Source of the DNA: Octopus vulgaris
Lineage: Eukaryota
Direction of reading: 5' to 3'
Assembly: GCA_951406725.2 (NCBI GenBank)
Contig: OX597826.1
Coordinates: 34,906,001 to 34,970,000 of the forward strand
DNA: 64,000 nucleotides
Position 1 is the first letter of the stretch. Each line of letters begins with the position of its first letter. Below the pieces are notes generated by a model that worked only from the letters and a program-made list of their open reading frames with translations, was not told the origin of the DNA and did not search any database. The translations under genes and the position numbers were made by a program. Positions 28,451 through 43,030 of this stretch are shown here, piece after piece.

Positions 28451-29595
28451 TATTCTAAACATTTAATTTTTATTTCTCTTGCATCTTGTGAATTATTCAA
28501 AATTCACCTAAGGATACAATATTTATAACTTATTACTGTAGGACAACAACATCTTGCTACCTATTACCTTAATCGTTGCACTATTTCTATATCAATTATT
28601 AATCTAATACATCTCTAATACATCTTCGTCATATTCACACCCATTTGCCTGTCTTATACGTTGTCTTGTTCATTGAATTCCTCTGCATTTGTAATTCTGC
28701 GCTTGATTTAATTGTCTTATGTCTCTATCAAGCATGATACTGTCTTAATTATATTTCTTCTCTTCAAATTTGCCTTTGCCAATATTTCTAATCCAATGTG
28801 ATCTCCGTTCCTCTGGTAAACCTGCGTAGATTATATAACAGTTTTCCTGCTTGTTTATTTGTTGTGTACAATCTGAGGTCATCTATATATAGCAGGTTAT
28901 TGCTCACCATCATGCAGGATTTGCATCTGTCCTCAATTCGATTTCATGACTTGATTATGTGTGTCTGCAGTAGACAGAAAGAAAAGAATAGTGATAACGA
29001 TTCATCTTGAAATATTCTTCTTTTGATGTTTATGGTTAATGCTTGTAATCATTTCTTTTTTTAATCATCTTTTCTTGTAATCATCTCAGTAGAATTGTTT
29101 ACCATTCAGTGATAAAAAAAAATTAGGCGTATCTTCATAATTTTCGTGGCATCCTGCTCATAACCAATATTTGCAGACTCCATGTATATGAGTCGTTGCC
29201 ATACCCATACTTGTCACACGTTTTTGTTTTTACTTGAGTGTTTGAGGTATAAAAATAATGCACTTGGCAGGTTTATCTTCTTTTAAATAATATATGACTA
29301 ATGAAATGTTAATTATAATATGCGTTTGCAATAAATGCAATAAATACAAACATATTTTATACTTTATTAAATAACAACAAATCATAACGAGTTACAATGA
29401 GAAATTTCGAGGCACTAAAACGATATGAAAGAAAAAGTTTCTATTAAGTTTATTTTATAACAAAGAATTATCGGGAGGATAAGATGCAAGCAGAGCGAAG
29501 TGCTTTCCCGAATCTCAATAAATATTTTCATCTAAAAGAAATAAATGGCAATTGGCCCAAATACACCAAACATTTTAAACATCATGGATTAAGCA

Positions 29596-29980
29596 CTCTT
29601 TACTTGTTTCGGTCATTTGCCTGTGGCCATGCTGGAGCATCACCTTTAGTTGAGGAAATCGACCCCACCCCAGGACTTATTCTTTGTAAGGTTAGTACTT
29701 ATTATATCGGGGTTTTTTGCCGAACCGCTAATTTACGGGGACATAAACACACCATCGGTTATCAAGTGATGTTGGGAGGAGAAACACAGACACACAAACA
29801 CATACACACACATACATATATACAACAGGCTTCTTTCAGTTTCCGCCTAACAAATCCACTCACAAGGCTTTGATTGGCCCGAGGCTATAGTAGAAGACAC
29901 TTGCCCAAAGTGCCACGCAGTGGGACTGAACCTGGAACCACGTGGTTTTTAAGCAAGCTACTAACCACACAACCACTCAT
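29596..29980 (-). mobile_element. tRNA-derived SINE (CORE-like family)
   Basis: Minus strand: tRNA-like head ggttccaggttcagtcccactgcgtggcactttgggcaagtgtcttctactatagcc and the family tail. Confidence 0.85.
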
Positions 29981-30884
29981 ACGACTACATGTTGTTGATG
30001 CTTCTGAAATTTGCTCTGTTGAGCTACGGATTAAGTTGACCACACTTTGACCACAGTAATTAAAATATATATAAGACACTGACAAAATCCATAAATATCA
30101 GGTCCTATAGAATTTATGTATCTCCAGTAATTCTATCACACAGAGGAAAGTCCTCGAGCATCTTGTATCCTGGAAAAACCACTAACATCAAAGGTGAAGG
30201 GAATTATTTTCGATATGGAGTGTTTAATTTTAAGTGCTTTTCAGTAGGAGAAACGAAACGACTAGCATCCAGTGCACACTACATTCACTTAATAACTGAT
30301 TTTTGATTTAGATGCAAAGCCAGCAATTTTGTGAAGGAAAGAAATTCACTTGCGGCAATTCCAATACTGTTACATGAATTTATCCATTCTGAATGGATGA
30401 AATGCAAAACTAACATCGGAGAGACTAGACACAGGCAGAAATGAGTCAAAATATCATATCCCAAGGTAGGTTTCTAGCTCTTTATTACCTCGTCCACCAC
30501 AGCGGCCCACTTTTACTAACGTAGGCACAAGGTTAGAAATTCCAGAAGGCGTGTCAGTGGATTACAACAGCAAGAGTATCGGATTATTATTACTTTATTT
30601 TAACGATCTCATAACGTAACCAGAGAAGTGAATAGCAACGCGTACTGGTGAGAGATTTGAACTCACAATGTACAAAATTGAATCATAATTGTTTCTGACT
30701 TAGGTACAAAGTGAGTTTTCTTTCTTTAAAGGGGGTCTGAGCATGTAATTAACTGGTACTTTATCGATTCTGGAAGAGATGGAATGCAAACTTGGACTCA
30801 ACGGGATTTCAATTAAAAACTTAAAGATCCAGGAAAAATGCTGCTAGTGATGTTTTAATAATTGTGTCAGCTCAGATAATAATA

Positions 30885-31790
30885 AATACCAAACAGAAAA
30901 GAAAGGGTTAAACTGTCATCGAAACCCTAAAACAACGGGTGCGGTCTAAAACGTTAAAGGTGAAACGCTACACTGATCGTATATCATAGATCCAGGAAAA
31001 CCAGTTATTCTTAAATAACCAGAGGCAGTTTTTTTTAACCGCTAAGGGAGAAATACAGAAGATAATACACCACCTGAAGCATAAGAAACTTGCCAATTTT
31101 GGAATAACATCTGAGAGCAAGAAGTTTCACACAAACACAGTGTTGAGTGGATTCATTCCGTGATCCGAACTCCATCACCCGAAGGCTCCACGGCAGGACC
31201 ATGTGAGCATAACAACGGAAGATATCATTGCACAGGTATCAAAACTGCCAAACTAGAAAGCAGCAGGACCAGACGGAAATCAAGGCTACTGGATCAAGTG
31301 GTTTAGGGCAATACACAAGAGTATTGCGTTGCAATTAGACAATTGCTTACAGAGCGGTACAGTTCCGGAGTGGATGGTTAAGGGAAGAACAACATTGTTA
31401 ATGAAAGATCGGTCAAAGGGCAATGAGGTTGGCAATTACCAACCCACTGCTTGTCTTAACCTCCTATGGAACGTATTAACAGCTACCTTCGCAGGGAAAA
31501 TATATACGTTCCTTGATAAAACAATCTTCTGCCAGAAGAACAAAATGGATGCCGAAAAGAATCCAAGGGCACCAAAGACCACCTGATGATAGACAAGGTT
31601 ATAATAGAAAATTGTAAACGGTACCGAAAAAAACTTATGCATGGCCTGGATAGACAACAAAAAAGTTTACGACATGTTGCCGCATTTGTGGATTTTGGAG
31701 ACACTTGACATGTGCGGAATAACTGAGGATGTGTGTGCATTAATTAAGAACAGCATGCCTAGTTGGAAAACGTGTCTTTCCTGTAACAAA
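30885..31790 (+). mobile_element. R4/Dong-clade LINE reverse transcriptase relic
   Basis: [62 protein letters not shown] and [18 protein letters not shown]. Stops and frameshifts. TAA repeats nearby. Confidence 0.9.
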
Positions 31791-31916
31791 CAGCACAAAT
31801 TAGAACGTAGCGACAGGCGAAATACCGCTAAAGATTTTGTCCAGCGTGCTAGCGATTCATTCGGCCGGATCACCACCCTAATAATAATAATAATAATAAT
31901 ATTAATAATAATGATG

Positions 31917-31990
<74 letters not shown>

Positions 31991-32029
31991 TAATAATAAA
32001 AAAAAATAATAATGATGATGATGATAATA

Positions 32030-32772
32030 ATCCTTTATACTATAGACACAATGTCTGGATTTTGTGGGGAGGGGACAGTCGATCACATCAATTCCAGCGT
32101 TTCACTAGTGCTTATTTTACCGACCCCAAAAGGGTGAAAGGCAAAATTGATTCCAGCGGAATTTGAACTCAGAACGAAGCGACGGACGAAATACCCCTAA
32201 GCATTTCATCCAGCGTGCTAACAATTCCGCCAGCTCACCGTCTTAATGATGATGATACTAACAACAACAACGACGACGATGATGATGATGATGACGACGA
32301 CTATGATGGTGGTGGTGGTGGTGGTGATGATGATGATGATGATGATGATAGAGTATTAAGCACTTGAATGGCTTGACATCTTTTTAATCCCTAAGATTAC
32401 AAGCGGTAACCCGCTACCCGGATAGATTCTACCAGGAATAAAGCCAGGGCATGGTCAGCAATTTAGCGAAGAAGATCAGTCAATTACATCTACCCCAGAG
32501 TTCAACTCGTCTTTATCGTCTCCTGAAAGGCAAAGTGGACTACGGGAGCATTTGAACTCAGAACTCAATGCTGGAAGAAATTCTGCTACGCATGAAAGAA
32601 CGGGATAAGTCAATTTTATGGGGCCCAGTGTTCCCCTGGTACTTATTTTATCGATCTCGAAACAATAAAAGGCAAAGTCAAGCTCGGTGGGATTTGAACT
32701 CAAAGTACAGCCAGAAGCAATGTCGCTAAGCATTTTGTCCAATGTGTTAATGATTCTGCCGGCTGGTCGCCT
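32030..32772 (-). mobile_element. Cluster of Meta-domain-like SINE copies
   Basis: Family motifs at ~32030-32243 and ~32475-32772. Confidence 0.7.
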
Positions 32773-32869
32773 TCCGTGATGTTGATAATGATGAGGATGG
32801 AAGGAAAAGAAGAAGAAGATGAAGAAAGAGAAGAAGAAGAAGAAGAAGAAGAAGAAGAAGAAGAAGAAG

Positions 32870-32901
<32 letters not shown>

Positions 32902-35183
32902 CAATAGAAAACTAATTTTCCCCTAGATCTTTGGATTACATAATTGTGTGCAAAATGTAGAAGAATTTATTTAGAGATCACAAAGTAAGCTGAATATTCA
33001 AAGTGTCCAATATTTAAATCAAGGTTAACGTAATCGATCTGGACTTTCTTGTGTCTGGCTTAAGAACTCTATTTCTGAGAGTACAACAAACAAAAGGGAA
33101 GAGTTGTTTGGAATTGAAAGTAACAATCGAAAAACTAAAAGAAAAAAAAAGCAATAGAAATCTATGTTCTTGAATGTATTTAGACATTATGATTGATTCC
33201 TGAAACATTAGAACATGATAAGCAATATGCTGATTATAACTAACGTTGTTCTTTGACCTAGAACTATTAAAAGATAAAATCCTCAGAAGATATAATTTGG
33301 AAAAAAAAATTATCGTCGTCTTTGTTATTAAGCAATTGGTGTTATCTCTTCTCCAGCATAACTCTAAATGTGATATGATGGTGTCTGTATGGAAGTCGAT
33401 GCCTGCTATCACTTTGGTAAACTTGGTTAAAAGAATAAAAGAATATAAGTTTCTCTGATAAGACTGATAAAAAATTAAATCTTTAGCCAGAAAATAAACT
33501 TTATTTGACTTTTCAACCAGATGTTGAACTGGTTAAATATTTGAATAAACTGCTCAACAGCAGAACAGCAGCGCTGTTATCATAAACAGTCAATAAATTT
33601 CTCTATTCTCCTGTCATATATCGTTATACATACCAACCTATGAAATTGAAAATGGAATTTCGAAAATTTAATGAGTTTTCTTTATCAATTTCATGCTTAA
33701 AATTTATTATATAGCATTACAGAATTTCCTATAATATTATTGATATAAAAGTAAATTTTAAGACAATGAATTTCGCGACTAACTGTATTTCAGTATATCG
33801 ATTAATACCTCTCGGTTCTGAATTAAACACTGCAGGCACTTCGGTTACTTAGCTGTGAAAATGACATGCGTATGTATGTATGCGCGTACGTGTGTGTGTG
33901 TGTGTGTGTGTGGCCCGCACACGCCTATATGTATGAGATTAAATGAGAATCCAAGAAGATTTATATTGTCTGGAAAAGGTGACAGAAAAAGTACAGTAAA
34001 ATAGCTGTGGGTAAGTCGTAGCAAACGTTTCGGATAGAATTCTTCGTCTAGGTAAAGACGTCACAAAATTAGAAGAAAGACAGACGTGTTTTACGTAAAC
34101 TATCTTTGAGAAACCGACTGCAAATGATGAAGGACACAACACTATATGAGCTTGCTAACAGAGAGGGAATAAATACAGAGAGAAACTTGATGAGAGACAT
34201 AGAAAGGAAGAGAGGTATAAACTGGAATAGAAGTAGGCGTGGGCGAGGAAAAAGCGAAGGGAGGAGGGCCTGGGGGATAGGAATAGGGTTACATATATAA
34301 GAAGAGGTGTAGGACAACAAGCAAAAAATGATAGTTTTAGACCGTCTCTGACACGGTTTCGATTTTGAATGCTTAAAATTCTTTCCCTTTTTTTTCAGAA
34401 ATGCAGCACAAAAATAAATTAATAATGGAACGTTCATTACATTGAAGTAGGTGGCCACATGCTGAATTGGCACACTATACTCCAAATAGGCTCACGGAAA
34501 AAGGTCAGCAAAGCAAAGGTTTGTTTATCGTATTTAAATTACTCTGAACATTTTGCAGATTAGTTTATGTCAGACGGAGGGTAGCAAGGTGAAAGGTGGG
34601 TGAGAGAGAAAGAGTGGAACGCAGACAGTATGTGTAAATGAAAAAGGTAGGATGGCGATAGTGTGGAAGGTGGCCTAGCTTTGAAGGGGTGCATGTTCCA
34701 CAATCAATCGAGAGTACCCTATAGCCACTCCGATGTATAGATCTATCCATCCATCCCTCCATCCATTTCTTCCGTCTATAATTCTTGGGAAAGCCATCTG
34801 GGTCGAATATTCAAGCACACCCTCACCCCATGTGGTCAGATCAGAAGCCTCTTAATTACAATTTCCCGCTGGATTCTTAAACGTGTCTAACCAAGATCAT
34901 GGATATTATCCAACCATTTCGTTCTTCGTCTAGCCCTTAGGTCTCCAACAGAGTGGCTCGAATTGAAGAATCTTTCAGATCTAGAGTGACTCTATGATCT
35001 CCGAATTACTCAATACGTCGAAAAACGTTACTCCAGATATCCTTCAGAAGGACCCATTTCTGCTAGTTGTGTTAACGGTCGTCCCCTTTTCGTCATTAAC
35101 CTATGTCCATGAGGATAGGTAAGGAAATGGACGAAAATGAAATTGGAAAAATGATTTAGATTTTTAGCAAACTTTTTTATAAA

Positions 35184-35248
<65 letters not shown>

Positions 35249-37339
35249 GCAGTATAAACACAGTCACACACACACATATATATATATACACATATATATA
35301 TAATAATATAGATAATATATATATGTGCATATATACATACGTATATGTACATACTTACATCTATACGTATATATATATATATGCATATGTGGGCACAAGA
35401 CGTCATGAAATGTGTACAACAAACAAATACGAAGTATGAGTACATGGAATATGAACTACCTTTTCGAACAACAGAAGATACAAATGGAAAACAAGACAAA
35501 CAACATAAAGAACGACCCTTCACCAGTTGTTGACTGTTTTTCTACTCTCAGAGGAAAAAATACAGCAAAAACCAAAGCAGGATGAGTTTCTCAAGTCATT
35601 TATAATAATTTAATTAGGGTAAGGTGAATTTGAAGATTTACAGCTGTTTCTGCGTTATACCAAGTGATAGGCTAGCATATCCGTACACTGGGCATTCCGT
35701 CATTAAACACAAGGTGAGTATGTAATAAATTTCTAGACAGAGAATTTCACAGTTTATAAGGAATAAAATACAAGAATAAAAGTAGATAGAAGATATACAT
35801 ATTGTTTTATTCTTGTACTTGTTTCAGTCATTTGAATGTGGCTAAGCTGGAGCATTAGCTAATGTCTACTTAACTACGGTCCAATTACAAAATTTGTCTG
35901 CGGTTTCTTAATGGATATAGGACTGACATATGACTGACATATAAGTTTCTTTGGTATGAAAAACTCATTAGCGTTTCAATCGATAACTTAAACTAAAATG
36001 AATGACTGTCACTGTATTGCGAAGGTAAGCAATAATTGACAACCTCTACATCATTAAGTAAATGAATAAATTAGTAAATAAATGAATGAAAATATAATTC
36101 GAATGAGAAATTCAAATGTGTTATTTCGATTTTAAAGATCAGTTACCATGTAATATCGGATATAACTTTCCCAGCAGTAAAAAATGCAATGCAGGATGTC
36201 TGGCTTAGCCATATAAAGTCATGTGAACGAAAGCTGTTTTTGTATTTCAATAATTAGAATTAAAAGTGGAACACATTTGGTCGTAATGTCAGGAAATTTC
36301 AGCTAATTGACTTAGTCTGATACAAACATGACAGAAATAAAGTAAAAACACTATAAATATAAAGTAGTTTTGCTGATTTAAAAATTCTGAAACTTTGATT
36401 TAAACAAACGCACTCTGCTCTAATATTGGTGTCACGTCACTCTATAACCGTTAGAATAAACATCACACCAATATTTTAATCACAGCCTGCTCGCCCGTAG
36501 GTTTTGGAAAACGAATGACGAACACAGCAAGAAACTTTTAAATTTATAGTAATCCATACATTAAGTGATGTGGTGGCAGTAAAGTTTCAATTCAAACTAG
36601 AGTCTCTCATCTGCTTTTCTGTATATTTGTGTGAAGTGAGCTATAAATACGGCGGAGTATTATCGGCATTTGTCAATGACGTATAAAAATACGAAGCCAT
36701 CGTGTAAATTAAGTTAGCTCAAGAGAAATGCTAAGCAGTGAAATTTCTTAGGTTTCTTTTCTTGTCATTACACTAATGTGAAATCCCTAAATTTGACTTT
36801 GATGGGTTCTCTGCTAAATGTACATAACCTCTATTTTGGTTTCCATTCTTTAAAGAGCACCAATAAATAATACAGCAAGAATTTTCTCTTGCGCATTCAT
36901 TTTATTAATTATATTAACTCTACATTCAAAAGCCATACCCGGAATTTTCCATTAACAGTAAAATTTCCTTCATATTTAAGACGAAAGAAAAATATAGAAA
37001 GAAGTAAAAATAAAAGGAGTGAAAATAAATTAAAACATACATTAAAATTATCCAAGAATTGTGGACGGATTAAATGTGTAATCTAGAATAAATAGTGACA
37101 TTTGAAAAATTCTTTAAAATATTTCACATTTTCAATCAACAGAAATATCATATACGTTTCTCAAATCAAAGATATTTGAAATTATAAACTGATATAGACG
37201 GCGCTGAATAGGAATGTGTATATAGGATGTAGTGCGTGTGTATGTTTACAAATACGCTTACGAATACGCTTACGAAATATATGTGTATAGATATAAACAA
37301 ACATGTAATATGCTAAGAACCACACCATACACTTCTACA

Positions 37340-37465
<126 letters not shown>

Positions 37466-37738
37466 CATATATATATATATTGGTAGTAAATATTCTCTAA
37501 TCCGTATGTATGCCTAAGTCATATACGTGCTACAGAAAATGTAAAAATGCTGCACTGGCGTCTTATTTTGAAGAAGAAACACGTGTCCGTTGTTGACCTC
37601 TCGCCTCCAAACAATTTGACTGTCTCTTCCGAAATTGCATATACATTTGAAAAAATTGTTGATTCTTGTATAATAATTATCTTTCCTACTCACGCACTTC
37701 TCATTTGCAATTGGCAGCAATTGTCTCCAGGTACTCGC

Positions 37739-37814
<76 letters not shown>

Positions 37815-37969
37815 CTCTCTCGAATAAAAGATGATTTAAAACATTTACGAAATCATCGCGTATATGTGGTACACTTACATATTGTTTTACATTTGTTTTC
37901 CAAATTCAAGAAATTGTCATTTCTCTTGGCGCTTTCTTGTTATATAGACACACTGAAACACGTCCATAC

Positions 37970-38036
<67 letters not shown>

Positions 38037-38135
38037 GGGTGGGGTATATACCCACACATACATAAATACAAAGATACATACATAAATACATGCATGCATA
38101 CATACATACATACATACATACATACATGCATACAT

Positions 38136-38249
38136 ACAAAAATATCCTGTTGTTGATGTTGAAATTCCAATGAAGAAGCGTTGAATCTAGGTTAGAAACC
38201 GGCTCTTTCTTTATTTGCAAGAAATCTTGAAATAAAACTTAACAATGAC
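38136..38249 (+). repeat. ~115-bp dispersed element embedded in (TACA)n, copy 1
   Basis: Closely similar to 60751-60864. (TACA)n on both sides. Confidence 0.8.
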
Positions 38250-39669
38250 GTACATACATACATAACGTAGTTAGATAGAAAAGACTTTTCCCATTGGAGA
38301 TGAATAAAATATTTTATCCGTACGTTTTATTATTCTAAGTTGTAAGTTTCTCAGCATAGTTCCATAAATTTATTAGCGACTGAACTGCCACCTATTGGCA
38401 GTAGATTTGTAACGGAATATGTGTTACTACAGTTTTAGTGCACAAACCAACGTCTAGTTTTGGTACTTACAATACATTATGGTAAGCATAAATTATACAC
38501 ATTTAAATGTATTATATTCATGTTAATCTTTGCAATATTATAAGTGTGATTTCGCTTTATTGATTAATCTCAAGTTTTGCTGGAAATATTGCTATAGTGT
38601 TACATTTGGCTGAATTAGAAGAGTGTAAAGTTACATCAAATCTCATTAGTTTAACGTAAACATCTACGATTCTAATTTTATTTCTAGTAAATAAGATTTA
38701 AGATGATAGAATTAAGGCAGATATAATTTGTGCAATATTTGCTGTTTAGGATATATTTCTGCTACTTTTTATTGCTCCACGTCTATTGTTAAGCGGTAGT
38801 TTTTCGTACATTTTCATAAATTGAATCACTTGAAATTATTTAAGTAAATTATTGTAGAACATAGAGTTTGCCTTTACTTAACACTAATAGCAACCAACCA
38901 GCGAGTGAAGTGTCGTCTACGTTTTTCTCTTTTTTCCCCCAGTCAAGCAGATCGGTGTAAATAAGAAGTAAGAGAGAAATGAAACATATTAATGCGCTAT
39001 GGAAGAAACATGTGTTTTTATTATTTTATTTATTTTTTTTTGTTTTGGTTACAGCCCATCACAGAGAATTATTCTTATTGTATTCAAAACTGCATTATAT
39101 ATATCTTATATGCTATGAAGTTCTACGATCAGAGTGTACCATTAGTAACGGTGCGGCAGAAGTATAACCAACGTCGATCCAGCCATGACTATCTCTTCTC
39201 GATTTTCCACACAGTGTATCAAAATTCACCATATTCATTTTTTTATAATTATTTTGGTAGGAATTTATTTACAGAATGAAATCTTCGGTATATCATTCTA
39301 GGAGGGACTGTCAAAAATCAATAACCGTGGAAAGCTGCCCATACCGAATGGAACGGGTCCCATTGAGCTTCTGTGTGTCCATATTTGTAAATATAAATTT
39401 AAGTAGGGCATGATTCAAGGGATAGCAATTACTGAAAGGCATTTATGCGCGAATTACAGGAAACAGGAAATGCTGGGGATAGCAAAACCTAATCCATGAA
39501 CGTTCGTAGGTGAAACATGTGTGAAATATTTCGTGAAATATCCACTGTTTCCAATATATGCCCTCCATGAAGAAGGGAAAGTACACAGAACAAGGGATTT
39601 TGAACTCATGGCAAACTGGATTTTATTGCTGCCTTTAAAGAACTTTTTATAATATTAGATACGTAGATA

Positions 39670-40085
39670 AGGCGGCGAACTCTCAGAAAAATAATTAACA
39701 TCATTCCTTCTGAATTTCCGTTTTGCGTTCAGATACTGTTGTGTTCAACTGTGCCTTTTATCCTCCCGGGGTCGATAAAATAAGTAGCAGTTGCGCTATG
39801 AGGACATGTAATTGACTTACCTCTTCCCGCAACGTGCTGGCCTTTTTGCCAAAATTTAAAACCAATATTAGACAGAGCGAAGGTGGTGAGATGCTACAAT
39901 CATTAGCACTCCAGGCTAAATGCTTCACGGCATTTTGTCCGATTTTGCCTTTCTGAGTTCAAATTCCACCCAATCGACTTTTCCTTTCATCCTTTCAGGG
40001 CCAATAAAGTAAGTACCGGTCAAAGTTAGGGGATGGGTGTAATCGACCAACCACTCCACCAACTCTCACGCTCTGTGAAACCAAT
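39670..40085 (+). mobile_element. Two head-to-tail degenerate Meta-domain-like SINEs
   Basis: ggcggcgaactctcagaa... and ggtggtgagatgctacaa... heads, each with the family body. Confidence 0.7.
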
Positions 40086-40922
40086 ATTACGCACGACGTT
40101 TTTAGTATTCTGTTGCTTCTATCAGTCATTTGACTGCGTCCATGCTGGAGCACCGCCATGACTTTCTTTTTTTATATAGGTAAATCATTTTGGAGATAAT
40201 CACAAGACAATAAGTGGCTGCATTTTGGTCGAATTAGGGCTAGTAAACACACAGAAGTTAAGGGTACCAATGCCATTAAAGAAGCGGAAGAAAGGAAGAG
40301 AGAGTGAGGCAAGTGGACAACGTGTGCCGGTGCAATTACGTTAGAAATACATTGGTTTGCAAAGAATTCCTCATTATTCAGTAGCTGACGGTGTTTTGTT
40401 TGTAAATATATATGTATGCATGTGTTTTGTAGTAGATGACCGTAATTATGACCGTCATTGACCGTACAGAACTATAGCATTTGTGCCCTACTTTTTGAAA
40501 TGTGTCTTTCTGGCGATACTTTTAACTACCAGGATAAAATTTAATCACGAGTGATGCTAAAAGGCTTATTCTTTGTGTTGTTTATAGATGGGTAAGAAAC
40601 CCGTGTAAGATACTCCGTTGGTCTCGACGTTGAGCAGTTAGTTGTTTCAACAACTGTAATATTTTTCTCATGAAACCGAAGTTAAAGCGGTTGGTTATTC
40701 GAGTGTATTAAGGGAAATTTCCGGGCGAAACAGTGCTGCATAAGTGAGCCTCTGACTTCTAGGTGTAATCTATAATATATACATATGCCTGTACACGTAT
40801 ACACACTCGCGCGCGCACACACACACACACACAAACACACACATACACACACACACACAAACACACACATATATATCTATACATGTATAATACGAGGTTG
40901 AAGCGTAAAACAATGATGTCTA

Positions 40923-41215
40923 TATACACAAACTTGCTAATAGTTCAAATATGCTTTAAGCGTATTCGAACTCGTAACGAAGACATTCTCTGTATTTAGT
41001 CATGGAGAAAATTTCTCGCTGTATCTGGTACTGAGGAGGAGATAATTACTCTGAAATGCAAGCATCCATCAGTCTTGTTGAGGGGCGCTTCGAACAGTAT
41101 TTACATCTTGTCTACCGAGAGAAATTTTCTCAGTAACAAAATACAGTGAACGGCTTCCTTATGAGGTAGAAGATGCCACAAGCATATACGAAACGGTAAC
41201 ATGTTTGCGTGTATG
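40923..41215. mobile_element. Fold-back element (~100-bp imperfect inverted arms) with a hammerhead in the loop
   Basis: 40923-41023 pairs with 41113-41215 (e.g. ctgtatttagtcatggagaaaatttctc / gagaaattttctcagtaacaaaatacag). Flanked by CA/TA microsatellites. Confidence 0.7.
41025..41072 (+). ncRNA. Minimal type I hammerhead ribozyme
   Basis: ctggta CTGAGGA(41031-41037) ggag-ataatta-ctct GAAA(41053-41056) tgc-aa-gca TC catcag. All core nucleotides and three stems are present. Predicted cleavage after C41066. Confidence 0.75.
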
Positions 41216-41245
41216 TGTATGTATACACACACACATACATATATA

Positions 41246-41292
<47 letters not shown>

Positions 41293-41401
41293 CGAGAGAG
41301 AGAGAGAGAGGTAAGTAGATAGATAGATGATGGTTAGATAGATGACAGTTAGATAGATGATACATGGATAGATAGGTAGATAGATAGACAGACAGACAGA
41401 C

Positions 41402-41465
<64 letters not shown>

Positions 41466-42659
41466 GTAAATTCATACATGTATGTGTGTATGTATAGAGA
41501 CAGACATGTACAAATACTCATATATATTATAGAGAGAGGCAAATTGAGAGAAAAAGGTGAAGGAGAAAAAAAGAAGCAAATCGACTTCTGTAGTGCATAG
41601 ATAGATTTTGTTATCGACTCAGAAACGATGAAAGGGAGTTAGGATGTCGGCAAGATTTGAATTTGTATCGAAGGGACTCGGAGCGAATACAGCTAGATGT
41701 TCAATCTTATATGCCAAAGAATCTGCCAATTGGCTGACTTTAAGGAATATCTAAACATATGATGTTATATATAAAGTATCATTATATTCTATATGTCTGT
41801 TGCTAAAATTTTGGCTTGCATCGTATACGTTTGCAGTAACGAAAAAAATATGCAATGCTTGAGATATTTTGAATACAAGAACACAAAACGTAATAGAAAC
41901 CAATAGATAAGTAAATAAAATGTTTTCACACTTTACAGCTGTAGTATAAGCATCGAGATTTCGCACTTTAAATCGCTGGTTATAAATTGTGTAGTCGCGT
42001 GAATTGTCTAAAACCGATCTCTTAAGAACATTTAGGTTAATTCTTGCATGTTATTGAATAGTCTGTAACCTAGATTTATTGTAATCACAATCATAGCAAT
42101 TTTCGTCATTGACGTCTACAAGTATCTCCTATTCTTACTATTCTTTTATCTTCGCCATCTTAATTCACATCATCGTCATCATTATTATCATTATCATCTT
42201 CACCACCTCTTCCACCACTACCATCTCCTACCCCACCACCACCTTCACCACCATCATTAACATCATTATTATATTGTCGTCTTCCTTACCACAGTCATCA
42301 TCATCATAGCCGTCGTCGTCACTATCGTAATCATTACCAACGTAGTCAACATCTTTCACACCATCATAAACATATAACTCTAACGGAATCGTTAAGGGCC
42401 CAGGGGGAACATTATTTGTATTATTGTTCTAGATTCTTAATACACTTATTTCAAATCCTGCGTAAAGGAATTATGTCTTTCCCAGATCGCAAGCGCAGGA
42501 ATCGATTTAATTGACTAACACAATCCGCCAAATATGTAACTTTGTGCTTAGGTTAATTAGCCATAACTCAAACCAATCTGGAAAGAGGGTGCTCGAAACA
42601 AGAACATTATAAATTGAAGTTCCTGAAGACACTGGTTTGGTCTGTTGCCTACATGTGAA

Positions 42660-43030
42660 AGCTACACTCTAAGAGCAAACGACACTGCAAAACTAAAGAA
42701 ATAACATGCTACAAAAGAGCGCTACTAATTGGTTATCCAACAAATTTGTCAGCACTCCGGGAAATGGGAACAATAAGAAAAATTTGGGCAGCAGCTACAA
42801 ATAAAGAGCTGCTGTTATCAGAGCCCAGAAATTCAGCGCTGAAATCTTCGAAGGAAGAAACCTCATGAAACATGACAATGAAAGAACGAGAAGTTCCTGG
42901 TTGGATGATATCAAGGGATAAACCGGAGGATTTTTAACTGAATGCGCAACCAAACTTAGTGTTCGGAACAGATGAAGAGATATAGAGCATCCATTTTCTC
43001 AGACTCACTGCAATGAGGATTGGAATAGAC
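42660..43030 (+). mobile_element. Old RTE-type LINE 3' relic
   Basis: IFEGR...RTRSSWLDDIKG*TG resembles the RTE C-terminal GRPR..W.D.IK.WTG. Confidence 0.5.
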
